This document shows, in pieces, positions 38,409 through 49,200 of a DNA stretch of 64,000 bases (within the stretch, counting starts at the first letter, position 1; every line of letters begins with the position of its first letter). This stretch comes from Bacteroidales bacterium (GTDB lineage Bacteria > Bacteroidota > Bacteroidia > Bacteroidales > PUMT01), in the NCBI GenBank assembly GCA_007123885.1, contig SLGC01000207.1:1852-65851 (forward strand), read 5' to 3'. A program made the translations under genes and the position numbers. The notes below the pieces were generated by a model. The model had not been told where the DNA came from. It ran no database searches and saw only the letters and a list, made by a program, of their open reading frames with translations.

Positions 38409-38529
38409 ACCATAACTTTCAAGTGTTTTGAAGTATTGCAGGGTTTTTAATATCCCAAGGCGGGAAAAGCAGTCTTCCAGAATAACAGTAGGACATACTA
38501 TGCCTGGCTTGCCGGTTCAATGGCAGTGT

Positions 38530-39612
38530 TTATCTCCCCAACATCTTCAACATTTCGGCATGCCTGGCAATAGTCCCCAATGCAGTAGGTTGCACCCGGT
38601 AGGTCACCCCGTACCTATCAGCAGTTTCTTTTATGATTGGAGAAATATCAGGGTAATGTACATGACAGATGTGGGGAAATAGATGATGTACTGCATGGTA
38701 GTTCAGCCCACCCACTGCCCACGTTAAAAACCGGTTACCGGTTGCATAATTCGTAGTTACGGTCAACTGGTGTATAGTCCAGTTATTATCTACATAGCCA
38801 TTTTCATCGGGCAGGGGATATGCCGAATCAGGCATCACGTGCGCTGTTTGAAAAATAGTGCTTAAAATAATGCCAGCTATGAAATGCATGATCATGAAAA
38901 ACAGTAATGTCAGATACCATGGAATGGGAAGTATGATTATTGGCAGTGCAATAAAAAAGATATAATACAGAAGTTTTGTAAGCGCAAGTTTTATAAAAAG
39001 CAGGTAGAATGTTTTTTTTTCATTTGCCATCATGCCCCTTGCCCTGTATTTGATCAGCTGCTGGAAATCTTTGGTGGTAATCCACATAATGGTCATAAGC
39101 CCGTAAAGGAACCAGGCATATATATACTGGTATCTGTGTATTTTACGCAGTGGCTTGTGGGGGGAAAACCGCAGCATGGGAGCAGGATCAATATCGACAT
39201 CGTATCCGTCGATATTGGTATATTTATGGTGAATGGTATTGTGCTGGATCTGCCAGGTTTCAGGAAGCCCACCGAGGATAAACAGTGAGGCGCCGATCCA
39301 TTTGTTTACCCGCTGATTGGCACTGTAACTGCCATGATTGGCATCATGCATGACCGTCATGCCCACACCCGACATGCCCAGCCCCATCACGATCCAGCAT
39401 AGCAGAATCAGGGGAGTGGAAGTAACCACGCCTGTCATCATAAGTAAGTAAGGCCCGATATATAATGTCAGCATGACAACGGTCTTGAAAACCATCCCTG
39501 CATTGGCATGCTTTGAGAGGTTATTCTTTTCAAAATGCTCATCAACTTTTCCTCTTAATTCTTTCATGAACTCAACCTTATCGGTCGGGAATTTGACTGT
39601 TTTTGTGGCCAT
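38530..39612 (-). CDS. Membrane fatty acid desaturase family protein
   Basis: It has three histidine boxes (HDANHG, HNTIHHKYTN, HAVHHLFPH) and TM helices. The likely start is MATKTVKF at 39612, whereas the ORF track extends to 39639. Confidence 0.88.
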   Translation of the reverse strand: MATKTVKFPTDKVEFMKELRGKVDEHFEKNNLSKHANAGMVFKTVVMLTLYIGPYLLMMTGVVTSTPLILLCWIVMGLGMSGVGMTVMHDANHGSYSANQRVNKWIGASLFILGGLPETWQIQHNTIHHKYTNIDGYDVDIDPAPMLRFSPHKPLRKIHRYQYIYAWFLYGLMTIMWITTKDFQQLIKYRARGMMANEKKTFYLLFIKLALTKLLYYIFFIALPIIILPIPWYLTLLFFMIMHFIAGIILSTIFQTAHVMPDSAYPLPDENGYVDNNWTIHQLTVTTNYATGNRFLTWAVGGLNYHAVHHLFPHICHVHYPDISPIIKETADRYGVTYRVQPTALGTIARHAEMLKMLGR

Positions 39613-39833
39613 TTTTTTAACTCTTATTTGACATTTCACAAAATTACTTCACCGTGAGATAATTTCACAAAAAAATATCGAAATAAAGTATATCTAACGC
39701 ATAAAAAGTAGGCAGTTACTGCTAACAATCTGGTCTGGTGTTACACAATCGGCTTTTTTTGTTGTGAATGTAAAAAATAATTAACTACAGAAATTAAAAA
39801 GAATAATGCAATACAACTTGTCTTCAGACTTCA

Positions 39834-40682
39834 TCAGGGCCGGGGAGAAGAGCCCTGAACAAATACCCGCGATACGGCATCTGAAAAACCGCCTTCATTG
39901 TTTGATCTGCAGGATCCGTAGAGTTGTTTGAGTTGAAAGGGAGCATTGGCAACGGCAAAGGGATAATGGACAAAATCAAGCAGGTCGATATCATTATAAT
40001 CGTTGCCGACCCCCATCGTTCCCGTCTTCTCAATATCCAGCCTGCCGCAGAGCCATTCTATGGCATGGCCCTTTGATACGTTGGACGGAAATATTTCTAT
40101 CCACATTGATTCTCCGTCAAGAGGTGATGTTGTCCGGACGACCCTCAGGTTTTTCAGTTTGTTTTTGATGGTTTCAAGCAATGAAATGTTTTCGGGTACA
40201 ATGGCAAGAAGCTGGCTGGCATGGCTAAAATCGTCAGATACCGGGTCCATCGGCACTGCAAATTCATTGTAAAGCTTACACCTTCTCTGAAAATCACTGC
40301 TGCCGCAGTTGGCATCGAAATACCTGAAACTGTGATTGTCGGGAACAAGGTCGTGTACCATGAAGCTCATACCTGCCTCACGCAGGGTATTTATTGCCAG
40401 AGTTACCTCAGTTTCTTTCAAATGTTCTGCAAAGATAAGTTCACCTGAGCGCCAGTCCATTATACCGGCGCCGGTTGAAAAAACAAGGTAGTCGACCGGA
40501 ACATTTTCAGGCAGGATCTTTTTTGCGCTGTACAGGTTCCTCCCGGTTGCAATTACCCTGCAAATGTTCTTTTCGCCCAGGTTTTCAAGTGTCTGCAGGT
40601 TTTGCCCGGTAATTTCCTGCCTGTCATTCAAAAGTGTCCCGTCAAGGTCGGTAACTACCATCCGGATCATCTGATTTTCCAT
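39834..40682 (-). CDS. Cof-type HAD-IIB family hydrolase
   Basis: 282 aa with motif I VVTDLDGTLL, a TGR motif and a C-terminal GVGNDYNDIDLL. Confidence 0.85.
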   Translation of the reverse strand: MENQMIRMVVTDLDGTLLNDRQEITGQNLQTLENLGEKNICRVIATGRNLYSAKKILPENVPVDYLVFSTGAGIMDWRSGELIFAEHLKETEVTLAINTLREAGMSFMVHDLVPDNHSFRYFDANCGSSDFQRRCKLYNEFAVPMDPVSDDFSHASQLLAIVPENISLLETIKNKLKNLRVVRTTSPLDGESMWIEIFPSNVSKGHAIEWLCGRLDIEKTGTMGVGNDYNDIDLLDFVHYPFAVANAPFQLKQLYGSCRSNNEGGFSDAVSRVFVQGSSPRP

Positions 40683-40690
40683 AATTCAAT

Positions 40691-41473
40691 TCAATTTCCG
40701 CCATTTCCAGGTTTGCCGCAGCCATAAGGCGTAAATGTAAACCTGTCTATCCTTGCGCTTGTAGCCTTTTGAGAATCATTTTCCGGATGTCTGCCTCCTG
40801 CAAGCCAAAGGTTTAAGCGAACCTGTTCATTAGCCGGTGCCGGCACTTTATTTCCCGTTATTGTTATGGATTCGATTTTCCTCCAACTCCATGGCCGGCT
40901 TCCCCTGTAGCTTTCAAATACCAGTTTCCCGGGCATCCAGTCTATTACATGAAGGGATCTTGATACAGATCCCTTCATGCTGAACTCATATTTTTCAAGA
41001 TCATTTTCACCGTAATGTACCACATACTGGGAGTTATGGTCATTTTTCCCTCCCCATCTGGAAAATTCTATATCTATTTCATTATGGTGCGGCTTCAAAT
41101 CAGGATCCCATGTAAATAAACCAAGTACGGCATTAATATCAAGATCCGGCGGACTGCTGCCAATAAGGAATTCATACCTGCCATAGCCGAAAGATCCGGA
41201 GCTGACCACTTCGGCGCAGTACCACCGGTTTTTTTCCCTGCTAAGGTATAGATGCAGCCTTCCTCTTCTGTCAATATGCACATTCGAAGCTGAAAAGAAA
41301 TTCGGCCCCGGTCCTGTTCGTCCCGCACTGCTTTTTATCATCCACCGGTATCCGGAAAATTCCACCGCACGCTCATATCTGACCCTGCCTGTTCTCTGTC
41401 CTTGCAAACCAGTCTCACCAAAAACAGACAGCATAAAGACTGATAATATAATGAAGAATTTTCCGGCAACCAT
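40691..41473 (-). CDS. Secreted GH16-like (concanavalin-fold) glycoside hydrolase family protein
   Basis: 260 aa with a signal peptide and an ExDxE catalytic-type motif (EIDIEF). Confidence 0.65.
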   Translation of the reverse strand: MVAGKFFIILSVFMLSVFGETGLQGQRTGRVRYERAVEFSGYRWMIKSSAGRTGPGPNFFSASNVHIDRRGRLHLYLSREKNRWYCAEVVSSGSFGYGRYEFLIGSSPPDLDINAVLGLFTWDPDLKPHHNEIDIEFSRWGGKNDHNSQYVVHYGENDLEKYEFSMKGSVSRSLHVIDWMPGKLVFESYRGSRPWSWRKIESITITGNKVPAPANEQVRLNLWLAGGRHPENDSQKATSARIDRFTFTPYGCGKPGNGGN

Positions 41474-41475
41474 TA

Positions 41476-42537
41476 TTATCTGTTATAAAACCTGCTTATA
41501 GCCGTTTTTATTTTGTCCTTTTCAATCAGGAATCCATCGTGACCATATAATGATTCGATGCCGGCAAATGTTGCCCCCGGGATCCGTTCAGTAAGAAAAA
41601 GCTGTTCCCTTACGGGGAAGAGATAGTCGCTCAGTATCCCGATAACCAGTGTTCTGGCTATTATTGAACCCAGAACATTGTCTATGCTCTCTCTTTTACG
41701 GCAAATATTATGTGAATCCATTGCATTCAGAAGTCTCATATATGAATAAGCGTTGAACCGCTTTACCAGCTTCCGGCCCTGGTATACCTGGTAGCTCATT
41801 GCCCTGTACCCGGTAATTTTTTCATCGCTCTCTTCGCACTGTGTTTCAAAATATGTCTGGTAATTCCGGTAGCTAAGCAACGCTATTGACCTTGCAGCTG
41901 CCAGTCCCCGTAAACCGGCATCCGGACTGTTTTCCTGCCATGTCTGGTCTGCCTCTATAGCCATTCGCTGAGACTGGCTGAATGCGATGCTCCAGGGTGA
42001 TGACCTGGCATGGTTGGCGATACACACAAGATTGTCTATCAGTCCGGGATTCATGATCGACCATTCCAGCGCCTGGTGCCCGCCGGTTGAACCACCAAGA
42101 ACAGTATGGATCTTTTCTATACCCAGGTGTTTTCTCAGTATTTCATGCGCATTGACCATGTCCCTGATCGTTATTTCCGGGAAGCTGTGAAACCAGGGTT
42201 TACCGGTATTGGGATTCTGGCTGAGCGGACCGGTGGAACCATAGCATGATCCTATTTTGTTTGCACAAATAATGAAATAATCATCCGGATTGTAAAAGCA
42301 ATTTTCACCAAACAATCCTTTCCACCAGTCGAATACATCGGAATTGGCTGTAAAGGCATGACATACCCAGATGACATTGTTCCTTTCAGGATTAAATTCG
42401 CCATAGGTATTGTATGCAATTTCCAGCTCCGGCAGGTAATCTTCCGATTCGAGAAGGAATGGGTGTTTATGACGGTAAATATTGAAATTCCGGGTCACCA
42501 TTTCTTTAGGTTTTGAAAATAGTGCAAAGATATTCAA
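41476..42537 (-). CDS. metX: Homoserine O-acetyltransferase MetX
   Basis: 353 aa. The alpha/beta-hydrolase nucleophile elbow is GGSTGG, and the N-terminal pattern IAYNTYGEFN..NVIWVCHAFTANSD and GSCYGSTGP also fit. Confidence 0.9.
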   Translation of the reverse strand: MNIFALFSKPKEMVTRNFNIYRHKHPFLLESEDYLPELEIAYNTYGEFNPERNNVIWVCHAFTANSDVFDWWKGLFGENCFYNPDDYFIICANKIGSCYGSTGPLSQNPNTGKPWFHSFPEITIRDMVNAHEILRKHLGIEKIHTVLGGSTGGHQALEWSIMNPGLIDNLVCIANHARSSPWSIAFSQSQRMAIEADQTWQENSPDAGLRGLAAARSIALLSYRNYQTYFETQCEESDEKITGYRAMSYQVYQGRKLVKRFNAYSYMRLLNAMDSHNICRKRESIDNVLGSIIARTLVIGILSDYLFPVREQLFLTERIPGATFAGIESLYGHDGFLIEKDKIKTAISRFYNR

Positions 42538-42845
42538 AACTGAAAAGACTTTTAAGAGAAATACTTTTTTGTTTCAGGGGGATAGCTGGGATTTCCCTTC
42601 AATCTGATATGAAAAACCGGATTTCAGACCATTGATTAAATATTGATCAATATTTACAGAGGCGACCCTGACCACAATTACCGGAGATTTCCGGGGGGTC
42701 AGTTTTTCGGAAATCATCAGATCATTGCCATGTTTGAAAGGTTTTATGAAAGACAAAACCGGCGCCCTTCTGGTCTGGTCATTGATCCATGTCCGGGCTG
42801 GTGGGGAATTAGTCATAAAATAACTATTTTTAAACTGTGGAAAAA

Positions 42846-44159
42846 ATGCTGCTCTATTCGCCCCTTGCGGGCCCCCGGTTAAGGTATATTGCATCCCACC
42901 TGGTGACGGAAATACTTGGACTGGACCTGCAGATTGTTTCAAGTGTCCGCGATATTGCCGGTACAGAGAGACCGTTTATAAACTATTCTGCCGCCCACTT
43001 TCCTGCCGGAGTGAATATCATTCCCTGCGGCCTGCTTGATGAGAAAGGTATAACCGGTAAGCCGGTCAGGGCCGGACGGCATAATGGCTTACCCGTTCTT
43101 TTCAGGACCGCCGGAGTTGACGATACAGGCTTTGACATTTTAGCAGCATCTTTTTTCATGCTGAGCCGCTACGAGGAATACCTTCCTTTTAAAAAAGACC
43201 GTCACGGAAGATTTCCCCTTGCTGAAAGCATTGCATACCGTAACGGTTTTCATATGGAGCCGCTGGTGGAGCAATGGGCAGGCGAGCTTAAAAAAGCCAT
43301 CCTGCGGAAATTTCCCGCCGTTGTTTTCCCCGCAAGGGAATTCAGGTATATTCCCACTATTGATATTGATATTCCATGGGCTTATAAAGACCGCAGTCTG
43401 TTGCGCACGTCGGGAGGTTTTGCAAGGGCTCTTTTAAAAGGGGACATCAATGATATCGTTTCCCGTTACAGGGTACTTGCCGGCGGGGATCAGGATCCTT
43501 ATGACACCTTCTCCCATATTTTCCGGTTACATGACGAGGCGGGCCTGAAACCCCTGTTTTTCCTTTCTGCCGGCACCTACAGCAGATATGATAAATGTGT
43601 TCCGCTCAACAGTCCCCAATACCGGAAGCTTGTCAGGGAAATTTCCTTAAGGTATCACACGGGCATTCATCCTTCGTATTATTCAGCGATTGATGGGGAA
43701 TTGATGGGAAAGGAGATAAAAATCCTCTCTCACGCTACCGAAAGACCGGTTTCAGGAAGCCGTCAGCATTACCTCAGACTACGGATGCCGGAAACGTACA
43801 GACTGCTTGATGATAATGGAATTACCGACGACTACACCATGGGGTGGGCAGAGGCGCCCGGATTTCGTGCATGTACATGCACCCCGTTCCTTTTTTATGA
43901 TCTTATGCGGGAAAGATCTACCAATTTGAGGATCTGGCCTTTTCAAATTATGGATGGCTCTTTTACCGATTATATGCATACGGATCCTCTGCAGTCGGAG
44001 TCCCTGGCCCTTAATATAATACGGAAGATCGGGGAAGCAGGCGGAACGCTCATAACTTTATGGCACAATGAATCTTTTTGCGGGAAAGGCCGTTGGAAAA
44101 ACCGGGAAAATTTGTATCTTAACATCATAAAGGAGGCAGCATTATGGGTGAAAAAATAG
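42846..44159 (+). CDS. Polysaccharide deacetylase-like family protein (uncertain)
   Basis: About 437 aa. The N-terminus MLLYSPLAGPRLRYIASHL resembles a family conserved in Bacteroidota that is annotated as polysaccharide deacetylase. The ORF-track start at 42837 is GTG. Confidence 0.5.
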   Translation: MLLYSPLAGPRLRYIASHLVTEILGLDLQIVSSVRDIAGTERPFINYSAAHFPAGVNIIPCGLLDEKGITGKPVRAGRHNGLPVLFRTAGVDDTGFDILAASFFMLSRYEEYLPFKKDRHGRFPLAESIAYRNGFHMEPLVEQWAGELKKAILRKFPAVVFPAREFRYIPTIDIDIPWAYKDRSLLRTSGGFARALLKGDINDIVSRYRVLAGGDQDPYDTFSHIFRLHDEAGLKPLFFLSAGTYSRYDKCVPLNSPQYRKLVREISLRYHTGIHPSYYSAIDGELMGKEIKILSHATERPVSGSRQHYLRLRMPETYRLLDDNGITDDYTMGWAEAPGFRACTCTPFLFYDLMRERSTNLRIWPFQIMDGSFTDYMHTDPLQSESLALNIIRKIGEAGGTLITLWHNESFCGKGRWKNRENLYLNIIKEAALWVKK

Positions 44160-45067
44160 AGTATTTTACCCGCAGCCAGATTGAAGATGAGCGGTGGGAT
44201 GACTGGATCAAGGCCTCCCTGAACAGAAGGATGCAGGCAACATCCTGGTTTCTTGACAACTTCAGTCCCGGTTGGGGAGCCCTTGTTATGGATAACGGAA
44301 ATGCGGTAATGCCTGTAACCCAAAATAGAAAATATGGCATTAGCTATCTCTTTCAACCCATTTTTGTCCAGCAGCTTGGCTTTTTCTATACCGATGACCA
44401 TTATTCCCGGTTTCTGCCCGAATTCATAGAAAAGATAAACGTGAATTTCCGGTTTGCAGATATATCATTTAATGAGATGAATGACATTTCAACCACCGGG
44501 TATCAGTGTTCCACGTTGTACAATTACATTCTCAGGCTTGACCGGCCATATTCCCTGACGGCAGGAAGTTTCAAAAATAATACCAGGAGGAACGTTATAA
44601 AGGCGTCCAGGCTGGGAGTCAGGCTTACATCCCGATATTCAGCTTCTGAGATAATCCGGCTTTTCATACAGCACAACGGCAGGATGTATCCTAACATCAG
44701 GAAGCTGAACTACAGCAGGCTGGCGGATTCAATAGAACATTCAATTGCCAGGGGTATGCTGTGTATAAGAGCAGCTCGGGCGCGTAACGGCGACATCATT
44801 GCCGCTGCCTGTTTCCTTAAGGATTTTGACCGGCACCTGTTCTACTTTTCGGCAAATACGGCAGAAGGAAGAATGCAGGGAGCCATGTTTATGCTGATTG
44901 ATAATTTTATCAGGGAAAATTCCGAACAGGAAATGCTACTCGATTTCAACGGCTCGATGAACCAGGGACATGCACGCTTTTACAAAGGTTTTGGCGCCCG
45001 GCGAACTGCCTATCAGCGATTGAAGATAAACAGGCTTATGTTCCCGGTTAATTATTTAATAATGTAA
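44144..45067 (+). CDS. GNAT/FemAB-like acyltransferase family protein (uncertain)
   Basis: 307 aa. It overlaps the upstream gene by 16 nt. The C-terminal half (AACFLKDFDRHLFYFSANTAEGRMQGAMFMLID) resembles FemAB/BioF2-like acetyltransferase folds. Confidence 0.5.
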   Translation: MGEKIEYFTRSQIEDERWDDWIKASLNRRMQATSWFLDNFSPGWGALVMDNGNAVMPVTQNRKYGISYLFQPIFVQQLGFFYTDDHYSRFLPEFIEKINVNFRFADISFNEMNDISTTGYQCSTLYNYILRLDRPYSLTAGSFKNNTRRNVIKASRLGVRLTSRYSASEIIRLFIQHNGRMYPNIRKLNYSRLADSIEHSIARGMLCIRAARARNGDIIAAACFLKDFDRHLFYFSANTAEGRMQGAMFMLIDNFIRENSEQEMLLDFNGSMNQGHARFYKGFGARRTAYQRLKINRLMFPVNYLIM

Positions 45068-45092
45068 TGAGCCTCTCCTTCCTGGTTTATGT

Positions 45093-45176
45093 AATTTAGT
45101 TTAAATTAAAAACCCGCGTCTTTTAGGCGCGGTAATGCCTTGGCGGGGGCTTTGCCCGAAAGGCATGTATTTTAGA
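45093..45176 (-). repeat. Structured intergenic repeat family, copy C (core only)
   Basis: On the minus strand it starts about 17 nt after the ftsE stop. It has the double-hairpin core (atgcctt...aaggcat; ccgcg..cgcgg) followed by gttttt, and it lacks the 5-prime module. Confidence 0.85.
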
Positions 45177-45191
45177 TGAAATAAATCCAGG

Positions 45192-45902
45192 TTACCCCAT
45201 AAGGCTGCTGAAATCTATTTCGGCAGAATGGTCCACCTCTTTTGCCTTTCCTTTTTCGCACCTTAATGTTCTGGCAGGGAACTTTTTAAGCAGGGGATAA
45301 TTGTGCGTGGCCATAATTATTGCCCTGCCGTTGTTCCTGATATCCAGCAGTACCTGAAGGATCTCTTCAGATGTTTCCGGGTCAAGATTGCCTGTAGGTT
45401 CATCGGCCAGTATAATTTCAGGATCATTGAGCAGGGCCCGTGCTATGGCTACTCTCTGCTGCTCACCACCTGAAAGCTGATGGGGCATTTTGTATCCTTT
45501 GTAGTTAAGGTCAACTTTTTCAAGGACTTCTATTATCCTGTCATTTATTTCCTTCCTGTTTTTCCATCCGGTGGCGCGCAGGACAAACGAGAGGTTATCG
45601 TATACATTGCGATCTCCAAGAAGCTGGAAATCCTGGAATATGATGCCAAGTTTTCTCCTGAGGTATGGGATATGTTTCTTTTTCAAGTTTCCCAGGTCAT
45701 AGCCGGCAATGACAGCTTCACCCGACTGCAGGGGGAGTTCGGCAATAAGGGTCTTTATGATGCTGGTTTTCCCACTTCCCACCTTTCCGATAACATAGAC
45801 AAATTCACCCCTTGTTATGCTAAAGGTAACATTCGAGAGAACAAGATTCTCGGCCTGGAAAATATTCACCTTGTTAACATCAATAATAAGGTCGAGTGAC
45901 AT
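45192..45902 (-). CDS. ftsE: Cell division ATP-binding protein FtsE
   Basis: Walker A GKVGSGKT, signature [15 protein letters not shown] and Walker [12 protein letters not shown] are present. The likely start is MSLDLII at 45902, whereas the ORF track extends to 45989. Confidence 0.9.
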   Translation of the reverse strand: MSLDLIIDVNKVNIFQAENLVLSNVTFSITRGEFVYVIGKVGSGKTSIIKTLIAELPLQSGEAVIAGYDLGNLKKKHIPYLRRKLGIIFQDFQLLGDRNVYDNLSFVLRATGWKNRKEINDRIIEVLEKVDLNYKGYKMPHQLSGGEQQRVAIARALLNDPEIILADEPTGNLDPETSEEILQVLLDIRNNGRAIIMATHNYPLLKKFPARTLRCEKGKAKEVDHSAEIDFSSLMG

Positions 45903-46229
45903 ACTGATATGATAAAAAAATGATTTTCGGGTATCCCGGAAAATAAAGAGCATTTCCGGCCGCATATCTATAATTCTGAAAGTCACCAATGTTCTGAAGC
46001 TTCCTTGCTGCTTTCTTACGATGGCTGGCTAAAATAGCTATTTTTTTGCGGGAAACTACAGAATAAACGTCAAAATTTTCAGTTATTGTTAATTAAAGGT
46101 TCTTTTTAAATGATGTGAATAATTTTATAATTATTTTTGGTCCGGGCTCATGTGATAAATCGACCATCATAAAATAGACTCTGAAAAAGTTGCCCGATTT
46201 TTTAATTTCACTAATATAGATTATATCGA

Positions 46230-49200
46230 ATGATACGGATTGCCGGATACCATTTGCTGTCAGTTCTGCTTTTACTGATCTGTTTACAACCTGCAAGCGC
46301 ACAGAAGTCTTTGTTCTACGATGATGATGATTCTTCCTACAGGCTTGCCATAGAGCTTTTTGAAAAAGAAAAATATGGTGCTGCCCAGCAACATTTTCAA
46401 AGGGCGATCAGGGATTTCGGTGAATCGAACACTCTTCTCAGAATAAATGCCGAATATTATTCAGCCCTTTGTGCCATCAAGCTTTTCAATGATGACGCCG
46501 AATACCTGATGACCAGATTTGTGGGTGATCATCCCGAAAGCATACACCGCAACGATGCACATTTTCATCTGGGCCAGCTTTTTTATCGTAAAAGGAATTA
46601 CAGGAAATCGACCGACTGGCTGGAAGCAGTTAACCATGAACATCTGAAAAATGAAATCAGGGACGAATATTTCTTTATGCTCGGCTACAGTTATTTCATG
46701 AGGAACGAATATGACAGGGCATCAAGAGCTTTCTTTGTCATCAAGGACGGGCAATCCCACTATGCCGCACCGGCAACATATTATTACTCTCATATAGCAT
46801 ATACTGAAAACAATCTTGCAACCGCCCTGCGCGGCTTTGTCAGTCTCCGTGATGATGAGTCTTTTTCGGGACTTGTTCCCTATTACATTATCCAGATCTA
46901 TTACCTCCAAAGAAGATATGACGATGTTATTGCCAATGGTCCCGGGCTGCTTGAAATTGCCGTTTCCAGAAGGGTGCCCGAAATTTCAAGGCTGATTGGC
47001 GAATCACACTACCGACGCCGCCAGTACCGGGAGGCTATTCCCTATCTTGAAAAATATATTGACAACACGGCAGGCATTTCCCGGGAGGAGCGCTATCAGC
47101 TTGGCTATTGTTACTATCATACCGGCCGGTATGAGGAGGCAATTGCAATGCTTGAAAGAGTTGGCGGGAGGGACGACATGTTAAGCCAGAATTCCAATTA
47201 CCACCTGGCTGATTGCTACATAAAAACCGGCGACAAGCAGAAGGCACGAATGGCCTTTTCTGCTGCATCCCGTATGGATTTTGACAAGACCATACAGGAA
47301 GATGCTCTTTTCAATTATTCGCTTCTCACTTTTGAAATAGCCTATTCCCCGTTTAATGAGGCAATAAACGGATTCAACAATTTCATTGAGCTGTTTCCGG
47401 ATTCCAGGCGAATAGATGAGGCTTACAACTATCTGGTCATGGCTTATATGAATACCCGCAATTATCGTGAAGCCCTTGCATCCATTGACAGGATAAGTGT
47501 TAAAACCAGTGAAATACGAAGGGCCCATCAGCGCGTTGCATATTTCAGGGCACTTGAACTATACAGCAACCTGCGTTTTGAAGATGCCATCAGGACATTT
47601 GATATTTCACTGGAAAATGCACAGTTCAATCCGGTAATTGCCGCACAATCACATTACTGGAAAGGAGAGGCTCATTTCAGGCTTAGCCGCTTTGATGAAG
47701 CTATCAGGAGTTATAACCGCTTTATCCTTTCACCCGGGGCATTTCAGCTTGAAGAATATAATATAGCCCATTATAACATGGGATACGCTTATTACAGGAG
47801 CAGGGATTTCGCAAATGCAATTTCCTGGTTCAGAAGATATGCCAATCAGACCAGGAACGCCCGGACCAGGATGGTGGCTGATGCCCTTAACAGGATAGGC
47901 GATTCCTATTTCATAATGAGCCAGTATCAGAATTCAGTAGAATTTTATGACCGGTCAATTAACAACGGTGCTTCTAACCGGGATTATGCGCTTTTTCAAA
48001 AAGCCATCGCGATGGGATTGATGAATAATGTTAACGGCAAGATCTCGGTGCTTGAGCAATTGCTTGCCGACCACCCTGCATCGACTCACCGCCTGGAGGC
48101 TCTCTTTGAGTTGGGGAATGCCCATATGGCCAACAGGGCACCAAACCGGGCCGTTACCTATTATACAATGGTAACAGAAGAGTATTCCGGCAGTTCATAT
48201 GTCAGTCCCGCGCTTCTGCAGCTTGGACTGATTGAGTATAACCGCAACCGCAACAATGAGGCAATTACCTATTACAAGAGAGTGGCCGAAAATTATCCCG
48301 GAACACCGGAAGCAAGATCTGCTCTTGCAGGTTTGCGCAATATTTACCTGGACATGAACCAGGTTGACCAGTATGTACAATATACCCGCGGTCTTGGTGA
48401 CTTTGCCAGTGTAACCATTTCAGAGCAGGATTCTCTGACTTATATGGCCGCTGAAAATTCTTATATGGCCGGCAACTGCCGGCAGGCCGTTGAGGGTTTC
48501 GCCCGCTATATCGATCAGTTCAGGAATGGAAGCTTCATATTAAATGCTCATTTTTATAAAGCTGAATGTCATCAAAGACTGGGTGAATTTGACAAGGCTC
48601 TGGAGTCTTACCGTTTTGTTACCGGAATGTTCCGCAATAGTTTTACCGAACAGGCACTTGTAAGCAAGGCCGCGATCAATTTCCAGGAAGGCAACTTCAA
48701 GGATGCCCTCAGTAATTACAAAGAGCTTGAAAATGTTGCAGAAACCGGTAATAATCTGCTTTCTGCAAGGATAGGTATAATGAGAAGCAGCAATATTCTT
48801 GGCAATCATGAAGGTACTATTGATGCTGCATCAAAAGTGCTGACCACAGATAACCTGCCGGCAGAAATTAACCGTGAAGCCCATTTCAACCTTGCCAAGG
48901 CATACAAGGTCACCGATCAGTTAGACAAGGCTATGAATGAATTCAGGATTGTTGCCAGGGAGGTAACAAGTGAGGAAGGAGCAGAATCAAAATACAGGAT
49001 AGCCGAAATTTATTTTCTCCAGGGAAAGGCTGAGAGGTCTGAAGAAGAAGTTTATGAGCTTGTCTCCATGAATACACCTCATCAGTACTGGATGGCCAGA
49101 TCATTCATTTTGCTTGCCGATATTTACGTGCAGCTTGGTGATGATTTTCAGGCAAGGCACACATTGCAAAGCATCCTGGATAACTATGATATTGCCGATG

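Noticed and set aside
42574-42942. 122-aa minus-strand ORF spanning the metX / deacetylase-like divergent promoter region.
   Set aside because: It overlaps the start of the + strand gene, has no recognisable motif, and has a Gly/Pro/Ser-rich composition. It is probably spurious.
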